Under the pieces are notes generated by a model that was not told where the DNA came from, did not search any database, and was given only the letters and a program-made list of their open reading frames with translations. From positions 29,362 to 93,361 of the forward strand of contig SHLP01000004.1 in NCBI GenBank assembly GCA_004283055.1: a stretch of 64,000 nt of DNA. Direction: 5' to 3'. The DNA is from Deltaproteobacteria bacterium (lineage in GTDB: Bacteria > Myxococcota_A > Polyangia > Polyangiales > Houyiibacteriaceae). Every line of letters begins with the position of its first letter. Within the stretch, counting starts at the first letter, position 1. This document shows, in pieces, positions 45,306-54,663 of this stretch. The translations under genes and the position numbers were made by a program.

Positions 45306-46792
45306 CGCCTCCAGAACCCTGGCAAGATTAGCGCGAAGAGGGTGAAGAACTCGAGCCGTCCGAGCAGCATGGCCATCGCGAAAAACAATTTGCTACCCAC
45401 CGAGTACGCGGCGAAGTTGTCAGGCCCCAAGTGAAATGGTGCGGGGCCCATGTTCGACAGGCAAGTCAACATTGCCCCGAAAGCCGTGGGCACCGGAACG
45501 CCCTCGACGAGCGTCACGAAGAGCAGACCGAATCCGATGCATCCCATGTAAATCAAGAAGAACGAAGCCACATCGGAGAGGACCTGGTTGCTGATCGAGG
45601 CTCTCCCCATGCGGACCAGTTGGACCGTCGCTGGCCGAAAGCTCTTTTGGATTTGCGCGATCGCCTGCTTTCCCATCAAAACGGCCCGCTCGATCTTGAT
45701 GCCCCCTGCGGTGGAGCCGGAGCACCCCCCGACGAACATCAAGAGGATGACGATGGTCAGCGCAGTCGAGCTGTATACGCTGTAGTCGTCCGTGCCGTAT
45801 CCGGTCGACGAGATCGTCGTTGCCACCATGAAAAAGGAGTAGCGAAACGAGGTCAGGAGCTCGTCGTGCACGCTGAGGTTTAGAATCGTCAAAACGATGA
45901 CTGCCGCGAAGACGATCGCGACGTACCATCGGAACTCGATGTTCCGCACGAGCGACCGCCAGTTGCCTGTCCGCAAGAGGCCGTAGTAGAGCCCGTAGTT
46001 CACGGTGCCTATGAGCATGAAGCTTGCAATCACGTACTCGACGGCCGCGCTGTCGAAGCCGCCGACCGAGCTGTCCAGCGTCGAAAAGCCTCCCGTCGAC
46101 ATCGTCGTGAACGCGTGGCAGACCGCATCGAACAAGTCGAGGCCGAGAATCTTGAGAAGAGCGATCTCGATGATCGTGAGCGCGCCGTAGAGCTTCCAGA
46201 GGGCGAATGAGGTCTCGGCAATGCGAGGCCTCAAGCCCTCTGCCGTGGTTCCTGGTACTTCTCCACGAAACAGATGTTTGCCGCCGGCGCCGAGGTTCGG
46301 AAAGACGGCGACGAACAGGACGACGATACCCATCCCCCCGAGCCATTGAATCAGGGAACGCCAGAGCAGCAGAGGCCGTGATAGGCGCCCTTCGATGTCC
46401 GTGATCACCGTTGCACCCGTAGTGGTCAGGCCGCTGACCGACTCGAAAAAAGCGTCGTCAACGGACATGCCCGCTCCGAGCACGAATGGAACGGCGCCGC
46501 ATGCCCCCGCCGCAACCCAAATCAAGCTCACCGCAAGAAGGGCCTCGCGACGCGAGATTCGCTCGGAGACAAACCGATTTCCGTAGAGAAAGGCGGATAG
46601 GCCGACGACCGAGACGATGATTGCGGAGAGTGCAAGCTCTGCCGCGCCGCCCTGTGGTCGACTCGGATCGGGCGCAAACTGGTCCCAGATCATCCCCACG
46701 CCGGCGCAAAGTGCGATCATCACACCTATGCCGAGCACGACGGCTCCGACGGGCCGGATCACGCCACGAAAGTCTCGCGATTGCGTGCTCAC
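45302..46792 (-). CDS. trkH: Trk-type potassium uptake membrane subunit
   Basis: 496 aa. The GTG start overlaps the trkA stop (GTGA). Contains SGLTTTGATV, LIQWLGGMGIVVLFVA, STGGFS and SSTGYGT, i.e. repeated selectivity-filter-like motifs. Confidence 0.92.
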   Translation of the reverse strand: MSTQSRDFRGVIRPVGAVVLGIGVMIALCAGVGMIWDQFAPDPSRPQGGAAELALSAIIVSVVGLSAFLYGNRFVSERISRREALLAVSLIWVAAGACGAVPFVLGAGMSVDDAFFESVSGLTTTGATVITDIEGRLSRPLLLWRSLIQWLGGMGIVVLFVAVFPNLGAGGKHLFRGEVPGTTAEGLRPRIAETSFALWKLYGALTIIEIALLKILGLDLFDAVCHAFTTMSTGGFSTLDSSVGGFDSAAVEYVIASFMLIGTVNYGLYYGLLRTGNWRSLVRNIEFRWYVAIVFAAVIVLTILNLSVHDELLTSFRYSFFMVATTISSTGYGTDDYSVYSSTALTIVILLMFVGGCSGSTAGGIKIERAVLMGKQAIAQIQKSFRPATVQLVRMGRASISNQVLSDVASFFLIYMGCIGFGLLFVTLVEGVPVPTAFGAMLTCLSNMGPAPFHLGPDNFAAYSVGSKLFFAMAMLLGRLEFFTLFALILPGFWRR

Positions 46793-48129
46793 TCACCCCT
46801 CGGTCGAAAAAGCCGCTCTACGGTCGCCCGTGATTCCTTGGTAGTCATCAGGATGACGCGGTCCCCGGGATGCACGACGTCTTTGCCGTGCGGAATGATC
46901 ACGTCGTCGCCGTGCACGATCGCGGCCAAGAGCGAGCCGCGCGGCAGATTCATGCGGTGCAGAGGCTTGTTCACAGCGCGGCACTTCGGGCTTGCCGTCA
47001 GCTCCACGACTTCCGCCTGGCCGTCCTCGAGCACGGTCAGGCTGTGGAGGCCGCCGCCTCGCGAGAAGCGAAGGATCTGGTCCGAGGCCACGGTGCGAGG
47101 CGAAAGGACGATGTCGATGCCGAGTTGACGGTAAATCGATGCGTAGTCCGCGCGCTGCACGATCGTGGCGGTTCGTTTGCACCCAGAGCGCTGAGCGAGG
47201 AGTGCAGCCATCAGGTTGATTTCGTCTTGCTTGGTGACCGCTGCGAACAGGTCGTAGGTGCCGACCTCCTGCTCCTCGAGGAGCGCGCCGTCGGTCCCGT
47301 CGCCGTGCACCACTTCGATGCCCTGAAACTCCGCGCTTATCTCCTCGGCGACCTCGAGATCGCTTTCGATCATCAAGACCGTGGCTTGTTGCTGGAGCAG
47401 CTCGCGTGCGAGCGCCTTGCCGACCACGCCCCCACCGACGATGCAGACGCGACGCGCTTCGCGTTCCTTGCTGAAGAGACGCTCGGCGGCAAGCACGCCT
47501 TCCGGTCGACCGATCAAATACACGCGGTCTCCTTTGACCAACACGTCGGCCCCACCGGGGACGAACAGCTCGCCGTCGCGGACCACGGCGCTCACCAGGG
47601 TGTGTGGCGGTAGCTCGAGCGAGGAAAGCGGCTTGTTCAGTACGCGAGATTCGTCGAGGTCGATCTGCACGAGCTCGACCCGATCCTGCGCGAGGTCGAC
47701 GACGTCCGAGGCGCCGTACGAGCGCGCGATGCGGCTCAGCTCCTGCGCGACGAGAACACGGGGATTGATCACGACGTCGACGCCCAGCAATCCGTAGCGG
47801 ATGCCATCGGTCCACTCGGACCAGGCCGTCCCTTGAACCCGCGCAACGACGTGTTTTGCGCCAAGCTGCTTGGAAGCCAGCGCAGCGATGAGATTCATCT
47901 CATCGTGGTTGGTCACCGCCACGACCAGGTCAGAGCGACCCACGCCGGCGATCTTGAGCAGGGTTTCGCTCGCGCCGTAGCCGACGATCGATGCGACGTC
48001 GTAGTGCTCCTCGGCATATTGCACCGCCTTTGCGCTCGAATCGACGGCGATGATGTCATGCCCTTCTTTGTCGAGGACGCTCAGCAAGTGACGACCGACT
48101 TCGCCCATACCAATGACGACGATGTTCAT
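46789..48129 (-). CDS. trkA: Trk system NAD-binding regulatory subunit (two RCK/KTN repeats)
   Basis: Contains MNIVVIGMGEVGRHL...DIIAVD and a second Rossmann motif VCIVGGGVVGKALAREL. 446 aa. The ATG overlaps the upstream stop (ATGA). Confidence 0.92.
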   Translation of the reverse strand: MNIVVIGMGEVGRHLLSVLDKEGHDIIAVDSSAKAVQYAEEHYDVASIVGYGASETLLKIAGVGRSDLVVAVTNHDEMNLIAALASKQLGAKHVVARVQGTAWSEWTDGIRYGLLGVDVVINPRVLVAQELSRIARSYGASDVVDLAQDRVELVQIDLDESRVLNKPLSSLELPPHTLVSAVVRDGELFVPGGADVLVKGDRVYLIGRPEGVLAAERLFSKEREARRVCIVGGGVVGKALARELLQQQATVLMIESDLEVAEEISAEFQGIEVVHGDGTDGALLEEQEVGTYDLFAAVTKQDEINLMAALLAQRSGCKRTATIVQRADYASIYRQLGIDIVLSPRTVASDQILRFSRGGGLHSLTVLEDGQAEVVELTASPKCRAVNKPLHRMNLPRGSLLAAIVHGDDVIIPHGKDVVHPGDRVILMTTKESRATVERLFRPRGE

Positions 48130-49466
48130 TTGGCCCCCACTTCAATCGATGTTTGAGAGTCGGCGGGCTTGAGCTCGCGCTGGATTTCACCCTCGTCCGC
48201 GAGCAGGCCCCTGAGCAGCCGCGGCGCGATCAGGTCGTTGACGATCACCGAGCCCAGGACCACCGAGTAGGCGAGGTTTGCCGCCTCACCGTGATAGACG
48301 AGGCGAAACGACACAGCCATCGCCAGGGTGACGTCACCGTGGGCCAAGAGGCCGCGGAACAGGTCCTTTCGCAGGCTGGTTCCCCAGCCCGCGATGAGGC
48401 TCGCGATCCACTTTGCCCCGGTGCGTGCGGCCAAAAAGGCAGCGAGCGCGACCAAGGTCGGCACCAGCGGTGTCGGCAGCCAAAGCGCGCCTGCAAAGAT
48501 GAGGAGCACGATCGTCATCGGGCGCTCGGTCGATTCGAGCGTCGTGTGCAAGAGCTGGCCACCTCGGGCGAAATTCACCAGCACGAAGCCCATCGAAAGG
48601 TTCACGGCTAAAGGAGATAATTCGAGAAAATACGCGCCCCCGGACGCAAACGCGATGATCCCAACCAGTGCTAGGAAGCGGGAGTTGTCCGATTCGTCCC
48701 CCGCGAGGAAGAGCGAGAACAGGAAACCGAGCGCGGCGCCGAGCAAGACCGTGACCCAGGCCCACAGTGCGGGCGAGTAGTCTTTCGCGTCGGGCGCGTT
48801 CTCGTGGAACACGCAAAAAATCAAGCCAAATGCGAGAATGACGGCGATGTCCCCGAGGCGCGTTCCGTTTCGAAGCAGCGAAGCGAGGCGTCCGCTGATT
48901 TCGTAGCGCCTCGCGAGGAGGTCGAAGGGCTCCGTCGAATCTGCTGCCGCAAAGCAGGCCAGCGCCGCTGCGCTCAGCGCTGCGCTGCGAGTCGTGGTCT
49001 GTACCCAGTCGCCGAGCGTGAAGAAGTAATACGCTCCGAATCCGACCGCTAGACCCGGCAGCAGGTGATGCAGGAAGACGACGCGCCACGTCGCCGGGTC
49101 GAGCCGCTGAAGACTTGCGAAGTCGAAGTCGGTTCCGCGAAGCAAGCCGACCCAGCCGGCGGCAAGGGCGATGATCGGCAGCAGTCCCGTTACGTTGTCG
49201 AACGCGTGAATCGCTGGGAAGGCCGGACCGAGCAGGAATCCTAGCAGCAGGTATTCGGCGCCGCTCACGACGAGGAAACGACGCTGCAAACGCTCGACCA
49301 CATTGTGGGCAAGCACGTAGGCCACGCCGATCACGATGACCAGCAAGACCACCGTGCCGAGCTCGCCAGCGACCCCGTTCTTTGCCGGTCCGCTCGCGGC
49401 ATTTGCGACGCCGGGCAGTGCCACCCACAGGAGCGCGACTGCAGTCAGAAATAGACTCCCCACCAT
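48126..49466 (-). CDS. Cation:proton antiporter-like (Na+/H+ exchanger fold) membrane protein without RCK domain
   Basis: 446 aa, about 12 TM helices. EYLLLGFLLGP resembles the CPA TM motif. No cytosolic domain. Confidence 0.75.
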   Translation of the reverse strand: MVGSLFLTAVALLWVALPGVANAASGPAKNGVAGELGTVVLLVIVIGVAYVLAHNVVERLQRRFLVVSGAEYLLLGFLLGPAFPAIHAFDNVTGLLPIIALAAGWVGLLRGTDFDFASLQRLDPATWRVVFLHHLLPGLAVGFGAYYFFTLGDWVQTTTRSAALSAAALACFAAADSTEPFDLLARRYEISGRLASLLRNGTRLGDIAVILAFGLIFCVFHENAPDAKDYSPALWAWVTVLLGAALGFLFSLFLAGDESDNSRFLALVGIIAFASGGAYFLELSPLAVNLSMGFVLVNFARGGQLLHTTLESTERPMTIVLLIFAGALWLPTPLVPTLVALAAFLAARTGAKWIASLIAGWGTSLRKDLFRGLLAHGDVTLAMAVSFRLVYHGEAANLAYSVVLGSVIVNDLIAPRLLRGLLADEGEIQRELKPADSQTSIEVGAK

Positions 49467-49541
49467 GTCCGCTCAATTGTGAAGAAGAAGCGTCCGAAGC
49501 GGTAGTTTCGCGCTGGACAGCTGTTTAGCCCATCCGGGGGG

Positions 49542-50207
49542 CTAGGCGCGCAGCCCCTCGAGCACGATCGAGATCAGCCCCTTCGTGGTTTCGATGGGGT
49601 CCATCTGAATCTGCTTGCGAACAGAGGCCAGGGCGAGCGCTTCGACGGCGCCCAGAACGGCAAGCGCGCTCACGCGAGGGTCGGAAATCGTCACGAACCC
49701 TCTGTCGGCAGCGATTTGGCTGAGCGTCATCGCCCTGTGGTCGAGCTCGTTTGCCAAATCCGAGATCGCCTGGCGCGCGATCGTCGCCGGGGCTCGCCGC
49801 TCCTGAAGATAGAGGCACATCGCGTCTGGATAGAGGGCGAGCGCGCCGACCAAACGGTTGCCCAGCTGTCCATAGGCCTCGACCGCATCCTCTCGACCGC
49901 CTGCCTGTCGAAGCCGCGCATCGCAGTCCTGAAGGGCTTCGACGGTGGTGCTCGCAATCGGCGCGACCACTGCCTCGACCAAGTCGGCTTTGTCTCGGAA
50001 ATAGCGGTAAAAGTTGCCCTTAGCCATGCCGGCTTCGCGAGCGACCTCGTCGATGGTCACCGCCTCGATCCCTCGCTGCAGAAACAGCGACAGACCAGAG
50101 TCGATGAGGTCTTGGACGCGCTTGCGCCGGTTCAGATCTCGCTTGCCGCCCAACGCACCGGGGCGTTCTACGGGGCCGGCGCGCCTTGGCCTTCTTTCGT
50201 CATCCAT
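49542..50207 (-). CDS. TetR-family transcriptional regulator
   Basis: HTH region GIEAVTIDEVAREAGMAKGNFYRYFRDKADLV. I prefer the ATG at 50207 (MDDERR...), which has AGGAG 7 nt upstream. Confidence 0.88.
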   Translation of the reverse strand: MDDERRPRRAGPVERPGALGGKRDLNRRKRVQDLIDSGLSLFLQRGIEAVTIDEVAREAGMAKGNFYRYFRDKADLVEAVVAPIASTTVEALQDCDARLRQAGGREDAVEAYGQLGNRLVGALALYPDAMCLYLQERRAPATIARQAISDLANELDHRAMTLSQIAADRGFVTISDPRVSALAVLGAVEALALASVRKQIQMDPIETTKGLISIVLEGLRA

Positions 50208-50370
50208 CGAGTCGCTCCTAACGGGCTCCGAGCCTCTCAGATGCTCGATTATGGGGCGTCTCGGACCCAGGTAAAGGGTCAAAGACGAAAATATTGCGCC
50301 TGAGGGGCCGGGGTATTGGAATGTCGCTTCGTGCCGGAGAAAGCTCGATAATTCGTGATGTTACACGTGA

Positions 50371-50399
50371 TTGACAGGGCAGGTGTAGACCCCTAAGAC
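50371..50399 (+). promoter_or_regulatory. Candidate sigma70 promoter for lipA (TTGACA-N17-TAAGAC)
   Basis: Consensus -35 TTGACA at 50371-50376 and TAAGAC at 50394-50399. Direct repeat CGTGAT at 50354-50359 and 50366-50371 abuts the -35. By eye only. Confidence 0.3.
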
Positions 50400-50427
50400 C
50401 GTATCGTTGGACCGATGGGAGCCCCGA

Positions 50428-51384
50428 ATGACCTTGCCCGCCCGCAAACCTGATTGGCTTCGTGTGAGGCTCCCGGCCGGGCCGCAGCAGGACCAGTTTC
50501 ACGGCCTGAAGGCGCGGCTCCGTTCGCGCGGGCTCCACACGGTGTGCGAGGAAGCCCGCTGTCCGAACATCTTCGAATGCTGGGGCCAGGGCACCGCGAC
50601 CGTCATGATCCTCGGGGAGACCTGCACCCGAGGCTGCCGCTTCTGCTCGGTTCAGACGGGTAAGCCCGGAGGCTCCGTCGATCCGAACGAGCCGGAGAAC
50701 ACAGCGATCTCGCTCGCTGAAATGGGGCTGGCCTACGTGGTGCTCACCATGGTCGACCGTGACGACCTCGCCGACGGTGGTGCCGCGCACGTCGCCAAAA
50801 CCGTCCACCGCATCAGGCATCATAGCCCGGAGCTTCGCGTCGAAACCTTGGTCGGGGATTTTCAAGGGGAGCACGACGCTCTTCGCGTCGTCGTGCAGGA
50901 AGGAAGCCCGGACGTTTTCGCGCACAACGTCGAAGTCGTACCGCGGCTGCAGCGGAGCATTCGAGATGTGCGCTGTTCGTGGGAGCGTTCGGTCGATGCG
51001 CTCGTTACCGCGAAGCAGCTCGGCGCCTCCATCGTCAAGACCTCCCTCATGGTGGGCCTCGGCGAGGAGCGGGACGAAGTGCTGGACGCCATGAACCTTC
51101 TGCGCGAAGCCGACGTCGACGTGATCACGATCGGCCAGTACCTGAGGCCGACCAAACGGCATGCCGCCGTTCAACGCTACGTCGAGCCAGCCGAATTCGA
51201 AGACTACGAAAAACGCGGCCTCGAGATGGGCTTTCGTTTCGTCGCGTCGGGGCCGCTCGTTCGGTCGAGCTACCGTGCGGCGGAAGTCTTTCTCGAAGGA
51301 GCCCTGGCTTCAGAGTCGCCGCGCAAAGCAGCGCCTGCGATGAATCGCTACGGTAAGAAACGAAAGCTAGACGTGCTCGGCTGA
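50428..51384 (+). CDS. lipA: Lipoyl synthase (radical SAM)
   Basis: Has CEEARCPNIFEC plus CTRGCRFCSV cluster motifs. The ATG at 50428 is preceded by GGGAG with a 6-nt spacer. Confidence 0.93.
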   Translation: MTLPARKPDWLRVRLPAGPQQDQFHGLKARLRSRGLHTVCEEARCPNIFECWGQGTATVMILGETCTRGCRFCSVQTGKPGGSVDPNEPENTAISLAEMGLAYVVLTMVDRDDLADGGAAHVAKTVHRIRHHSPELRVETLVGDFQGEHDALRVVVQEGSPDVFAHNVEVVPRLQRSIRDVRCSWERSVDALVTAKQLGASIVKTSLMVGLGEERDEVLDAMNLLREADVDVITIGQYLRPTKRHAAVQRYVEPAEFEDYEKRGLEMGFRFVASGPLVRSSYRAAEVFLEGALASESPRKAAPAMNRYGKKRKLDVLG

Positions 51385-51391
51385 GGGGGAG

Positions 51392-52474
51392 ATGCAGGTC
51401 ATTCGGGACGACGGAAGCCTCGATCCAAAGCTCGACCCGGGCCTGTCCATCGATGAGGTCGTCGCACTGTACAAAGCGATGGTTCGCACCCGAATCGTCG
51501 ATGACCGGCTCGAAAGAACACAGCGGCAGGGTCGCATCGCGTTCCACGTTGGCTCGCTCGGAGAAGAGGCGGCAATCGTCGGCGCTGCGGCAGCCCTGCG
51601 CGATCGGGACTGGATCGTCCCCTGCTATCGCGAGGTCGGCGCCCTGCTCTGGAGAGGCTACCCGTTGCAGCAGTACGTCGACCACATGTACGGGAACGCC
51701 GGCGACCCAGTACGCGGCCGACAGATGCCGGACCACACATTCAGTCGGGCAAAACGCTACCTCGCGGTGAGCGCGCCCATCGGAACGCAGATTCCTCATG
51801 CCGTGGGCCTGGCGATGGCGATCAAAAAGCGTGAGCTCGACGAATGCGTCGGCGTCTTCTTCGGTGACGGTGCGACGAGCTCGAACGATTTCCATGCAGC
51901 GATGAACTTTGCGGGCGTCTTTCAACCACCGGTTCTATTCCTTTGTCGCAACAATGGCTTCGCGATCAGTCTGCCGGTCGAACGTCAAACGGCCACCCGC
52001 ACCTTGGCGGAGAAGGCGGCTGCGTATCGAATCCCGGCTGCGCGCGTCGATGGCAACGATGCGCTCGCCGTCGTAGCTGCCGTCCGGGAGGGCGTCCAGC
52101 GTGCGGCGAACGGCGGGGGGCCGACGTTCATCGAGCTCCTGACCTATCGGCTCGGGGGACATTCGACCTCCGATGACCCGACGGTGTACCGAAGCGACGA
52201 AGAGGTCGAGGCTTGGCGCAACAACGATCCGCTCCCCCGGTTACGAAAGCACATCGAGCGTTGCAAGGTTTGGAGCGATGAGCTCGACGCGGATTGGCGC
52301 GCGGTCTGTGAACGAGAAGTCAAGGAATGCGTGCGGCACGCGGAAGAGAAGCCGGCTTCCGAGCTCAGCGCGATGTTCACCGATGTGTACGCCGAGCTGC
52401 CATGGCATCTTCGAGAGCAGCAAGCGCAAGCCCTTCGCGGGCCTCGAGCCGGCGCCGAGGAAGGCGAGTCATGA
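51392..52474 (+). CDS. 2-oxoisovalerate (branched-chain keto acid) dehydrogenase E1 alpha subunit
   Basis: 360 aa. ThDP motif region GDGATSSNDFHAAMNFAG...LFLCRNNGFAIS. Also YRLGGHSTSDDP. Confidence 0.9.
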   Translation: MQVIRDDGSLDPKLDPGLSIDEVVALYKAMVRTRIVDDRLERTQRQGRIAFHVGSLGEEAAIVGAAAALRDRDWIVPCYREVGALLWRGYPLQQYVDHMYGNAGDPVRGRQMPDHTFSRAKRYLAVSAPIGTQIPHAVGLAMAIKKRELDECVGVFFGDGATSSNDFHAAMNFAGVFQPPVLFLCRNNGFAISLPVERQTATRTLAEKAAAYRIPAARVDGNDALAVVAAVREGVQRAANGGGPTFIELLTYRLGGHSTSDDPTVYRSDEEVEAWRNNDPLPRLRKHIERCKVWSDELDADWRAVCEREVKECVRHAEEKPASELSAMFTDVYAELPWHLREQQAQALRGPRAGAEEGES

Positions 52475-53445
52475 CGGAGATGAACCTCGTTCAAGCGATC
52501 CAAAGCGCGCTTCGGGGCGCGCTTCGCGAGGACGAAAATGTTCTCCTCATGGGCGAAGACATTGGGGCTCTCGGTGGGGTTTTTCGCGTGACCCAGGGGC
52601 TGAGGGAGGAGTTCGGCCCGGACCGCGTGCTCGACGCGCCCCTGTCGGAGACCGGAATTCTAGGGACCGCTATCGGCATGGCGCTCCACGGCCTTCGGCC
52701 GGTGTCCGAGATTCAGTTTGCCGATTTCATCTTCCCGGGCTTCGATCAGCTCGTCAGCGAAGCTGCGAAGTACCGCTATCGCACGGCGGGCGAGTTTCAC
52801 GTGCCGATGGTGGTGCGCACGCCGTATGGCGGTGGGATTCGAGGAGGCCAGTATCATTCCCAGTCGCCGGAAGCCTTGTTCATTCACACGCCTGGGCTGA
52901 AGGTCGTCTGCCCATCCAATCCGTACGATGCGAAGGGGCTGCTGCTCGACGCGATCGCGGACGACGATCCCGTCCTCTTCTTCGAGCCGAAGCGCGTCTA
53001 CCGCGCGGTGAAAATGGAGGTTCCGGAGACGACGTACCGAGTGCCTCTCGGCGAGGCAAAGGTCGTTCGGCCTGGCGAGAAGATAACCTGCCTAGCCTGG
53101 GGGGCCATGCTCTACGAGGCGTTCGCCGCCGCCGAAGAGGTTGCCGAGCAGGGCGTGGACGTCGAAGTGATCGACCTGAGGACACTCTGGCCGCTCGACC
53201 TCGAAACCATCGTTTCGAGTGTCAAGAAGACCGGCAGGGTAGTGATCGTGCACGAGGCGCCTCGAACGTGCGGCTTTGGCGGCGAGCTCGTCGCGCTGAT
53301 CGTCGAGCATGCGTTCCTATACCTCGAGGCCCCTCCTGTTCGTGTCACCGGCTGGGACACGCCGTTCCCTTTGACACACGAGCGCGAGTATCTCCCGCTC
53401 GCCCACCGCATCGTTCCGGCGCTCCTAGAAACGGCGGGATACTGA
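52471..53445 (+). CDS. Branched-chain keto acid dehydrogenase E1 beta subunit
   Basis: The ATG at 52471 overlaps the E1alpha stop (ATGA). Sequence runs MTEMNLVQAIQSALRGALREDENVLLMGEDIG...DAPLSETGI.... Confidence 0.92.
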   Translation: MTEMNLVQAIQSALRGALREDENVLLMGEDIGALGGVFRVTQGLREEFGPDRVLDAPLSETGILGTAIGMALHGLRPVSEIQFADFIFPGFDQLVSEAAKYRYRTAGEFHVPMVVRTPYGGGIRGGQYHSQSPEALFIHTPGLKVVCPSNPYDAKGLLLDAIADDDPVLFFEPKRVYRAVKMEVPETTYRVPLGEAKVVRPGEKITCLAWGAMLYEAFAAAEEVAEQGVDVEVIDLRTLWPLDLETIVSSVKKTGRVVIVHEAPRTCGFGGELVALIVEHAFLYLEAPPVRVTGWDTPFPLTHEREYLPLAHRIVPALLETAGY

Positions 53446-53448
53446 GCG

Positions 53449-54663
53449 ATGGCACGGCTGGACTTCAAGCTCCCGGATGTGGGCGAAGGGGTGACCGAAG
53501 GCGAGATCGTCGAGTGGTTCGTTGCCGTGGGAGACAGCGTCGCCGAAGACGACCCGATGGTCGAGGTCATGACCGACAAGGCGACTGTGACGATTGGCGC
53601 GCCATGCGAAGGGCGAGTCGAGCGGATTTGCTTCGAAGTGGGCGCCGTCGCGCAAGTTGGGCAGGTGATCCTCACGCTCGAGTCCAAGCCGGACTCGGAC
53701 CCGGATTCCGCGCGACGTTCTTCCCTGCCGCCGGCCGCGGCGGTGGGGCAGATTCGAAATCAAGTCCCGGGGGCGGCGCTTTTCCAGGGTCCGCCCCCGG
53801 CCAGCGCCCCTGTCGCGAAGCCACTTGCGACGCCTGCTGTTCGCCGACTGGCCCAAGAGCTTGGGGTGGACCTCGGGCAGATCAGCCCGAGCCGGACGGA
53901 CGGGCGGGTGACCGCTGTGGAAGTTCGCGCAGCGGCGACCGGGGAGCAAACGCCGGCGGCGTTCGAAGAGCGCCAACCGATCGTCGGGATTCGCCGCGCA
54001 ATCGCCGAGCGTATGCACCGCTCCAAGACGACGGCTGCGCATTTTACGTTCGTCGAGGAATGCGATGCGTCGGCGCTGGTGCAGCTGCGGGAGCGGCTTG
54101 CGCCCAAGGCGGATCGCCGAGGGATTCGGCTGACGTACTTGCCCTTCATCGTCAAGGCCGTGGCCGATGCCTTGCCCAACCATCCCGTGCTCAACGCCGC
54201 GGTCGACGAGCGCAGCCACGAGCTGATCTACAAGAAGTACTACAACATCGGTGTGGCAACCGCGACCGAGTCGGGGCTGATGGTGCCGGTCGTACACCAG
54301 GTCGACCGGCTCTCTCTCTTCGAGCTCGCAGCCCGAATCGAGCGTCTCTCGCAGTCAGCGAGGGACGGAACGATTGCACCCGAGGATCTGCGGGGCTCCA
54401 CGTTCACGGTGACCTCCCTCGGTAAGCGTGGCGGCCTGCTTGCGACTCCGATTCTTCATCATCCGGAGCTGGGCATCCTGGGCGTGCACCGAATCAAGGA
54501 CAAGCCCGTGGTTCGCGACGGCAAAATCACAGTCGGGAAGGTCATGTTGCTTTCCCTTTCGCTCGACCATCGCATCATCGACGGGCATGTCGGCGCAGAG
54601 TTCGCATACGATGTGATCGAAACGCTGGAGAACCCAGAGCGCCTAGTCGACGAGGAGCCTTGA
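53449..54663 (+). CDS. Dihydrolipoamide acyltransferase E2 component (lipoyl, PSBD and catalytic domains)
   Basis: Lipoyl-Lys context VMTDKATVTI. PSBD region ATPAVRRLAQELGVDL. Catalytic motif SLSLDHRIIDG. Confidence 0.92.
   Translation: MARLDFKLPDVGEGVTEGEIVEWFVAVGDSVAEDDPMVEVMTDKATVTIGAPCEGRVERICFEVGAVAQVGQVILTLESKPDSDPDSARRSSLPPAAAVGQIRNQVPGAALFQGPPPASAPVAKPLATPAVRRLAQELGVDLGQISPSRTDGRVTAVEVRAAATGEQTPAAFEERQPIVGIRRAIAERMHRSKTTAAHFTFVEECDASALVQLRERLAPKADRRGIRLTYLPFIVKAVADALPNHPVLNAAVDERSHELIYKKYYNIGVATATESGLMVPVVHQVDRLSLFELAARIERLSQSARDGTIAPEDLRGSTFTVTSLGKRGGLLATPILHHPELGILGVHRIKDKPVVRDGKITVGKVMLLSLSLDHRIIDGHVGAEFAYDVIETLENPERLVDEEP

Noticed and set aside
52173-54425. A 750-aa ORF on the plus strand spanning the E1alpha end, E1beta and E2.
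   Set aside because: Its translation is Arg/Gly/Pro/Ala-rich and low-complexity with no motifs. It lies out of frame over three genes that have unmistakable homology motifs. This is a typical high-GC shadow frame.
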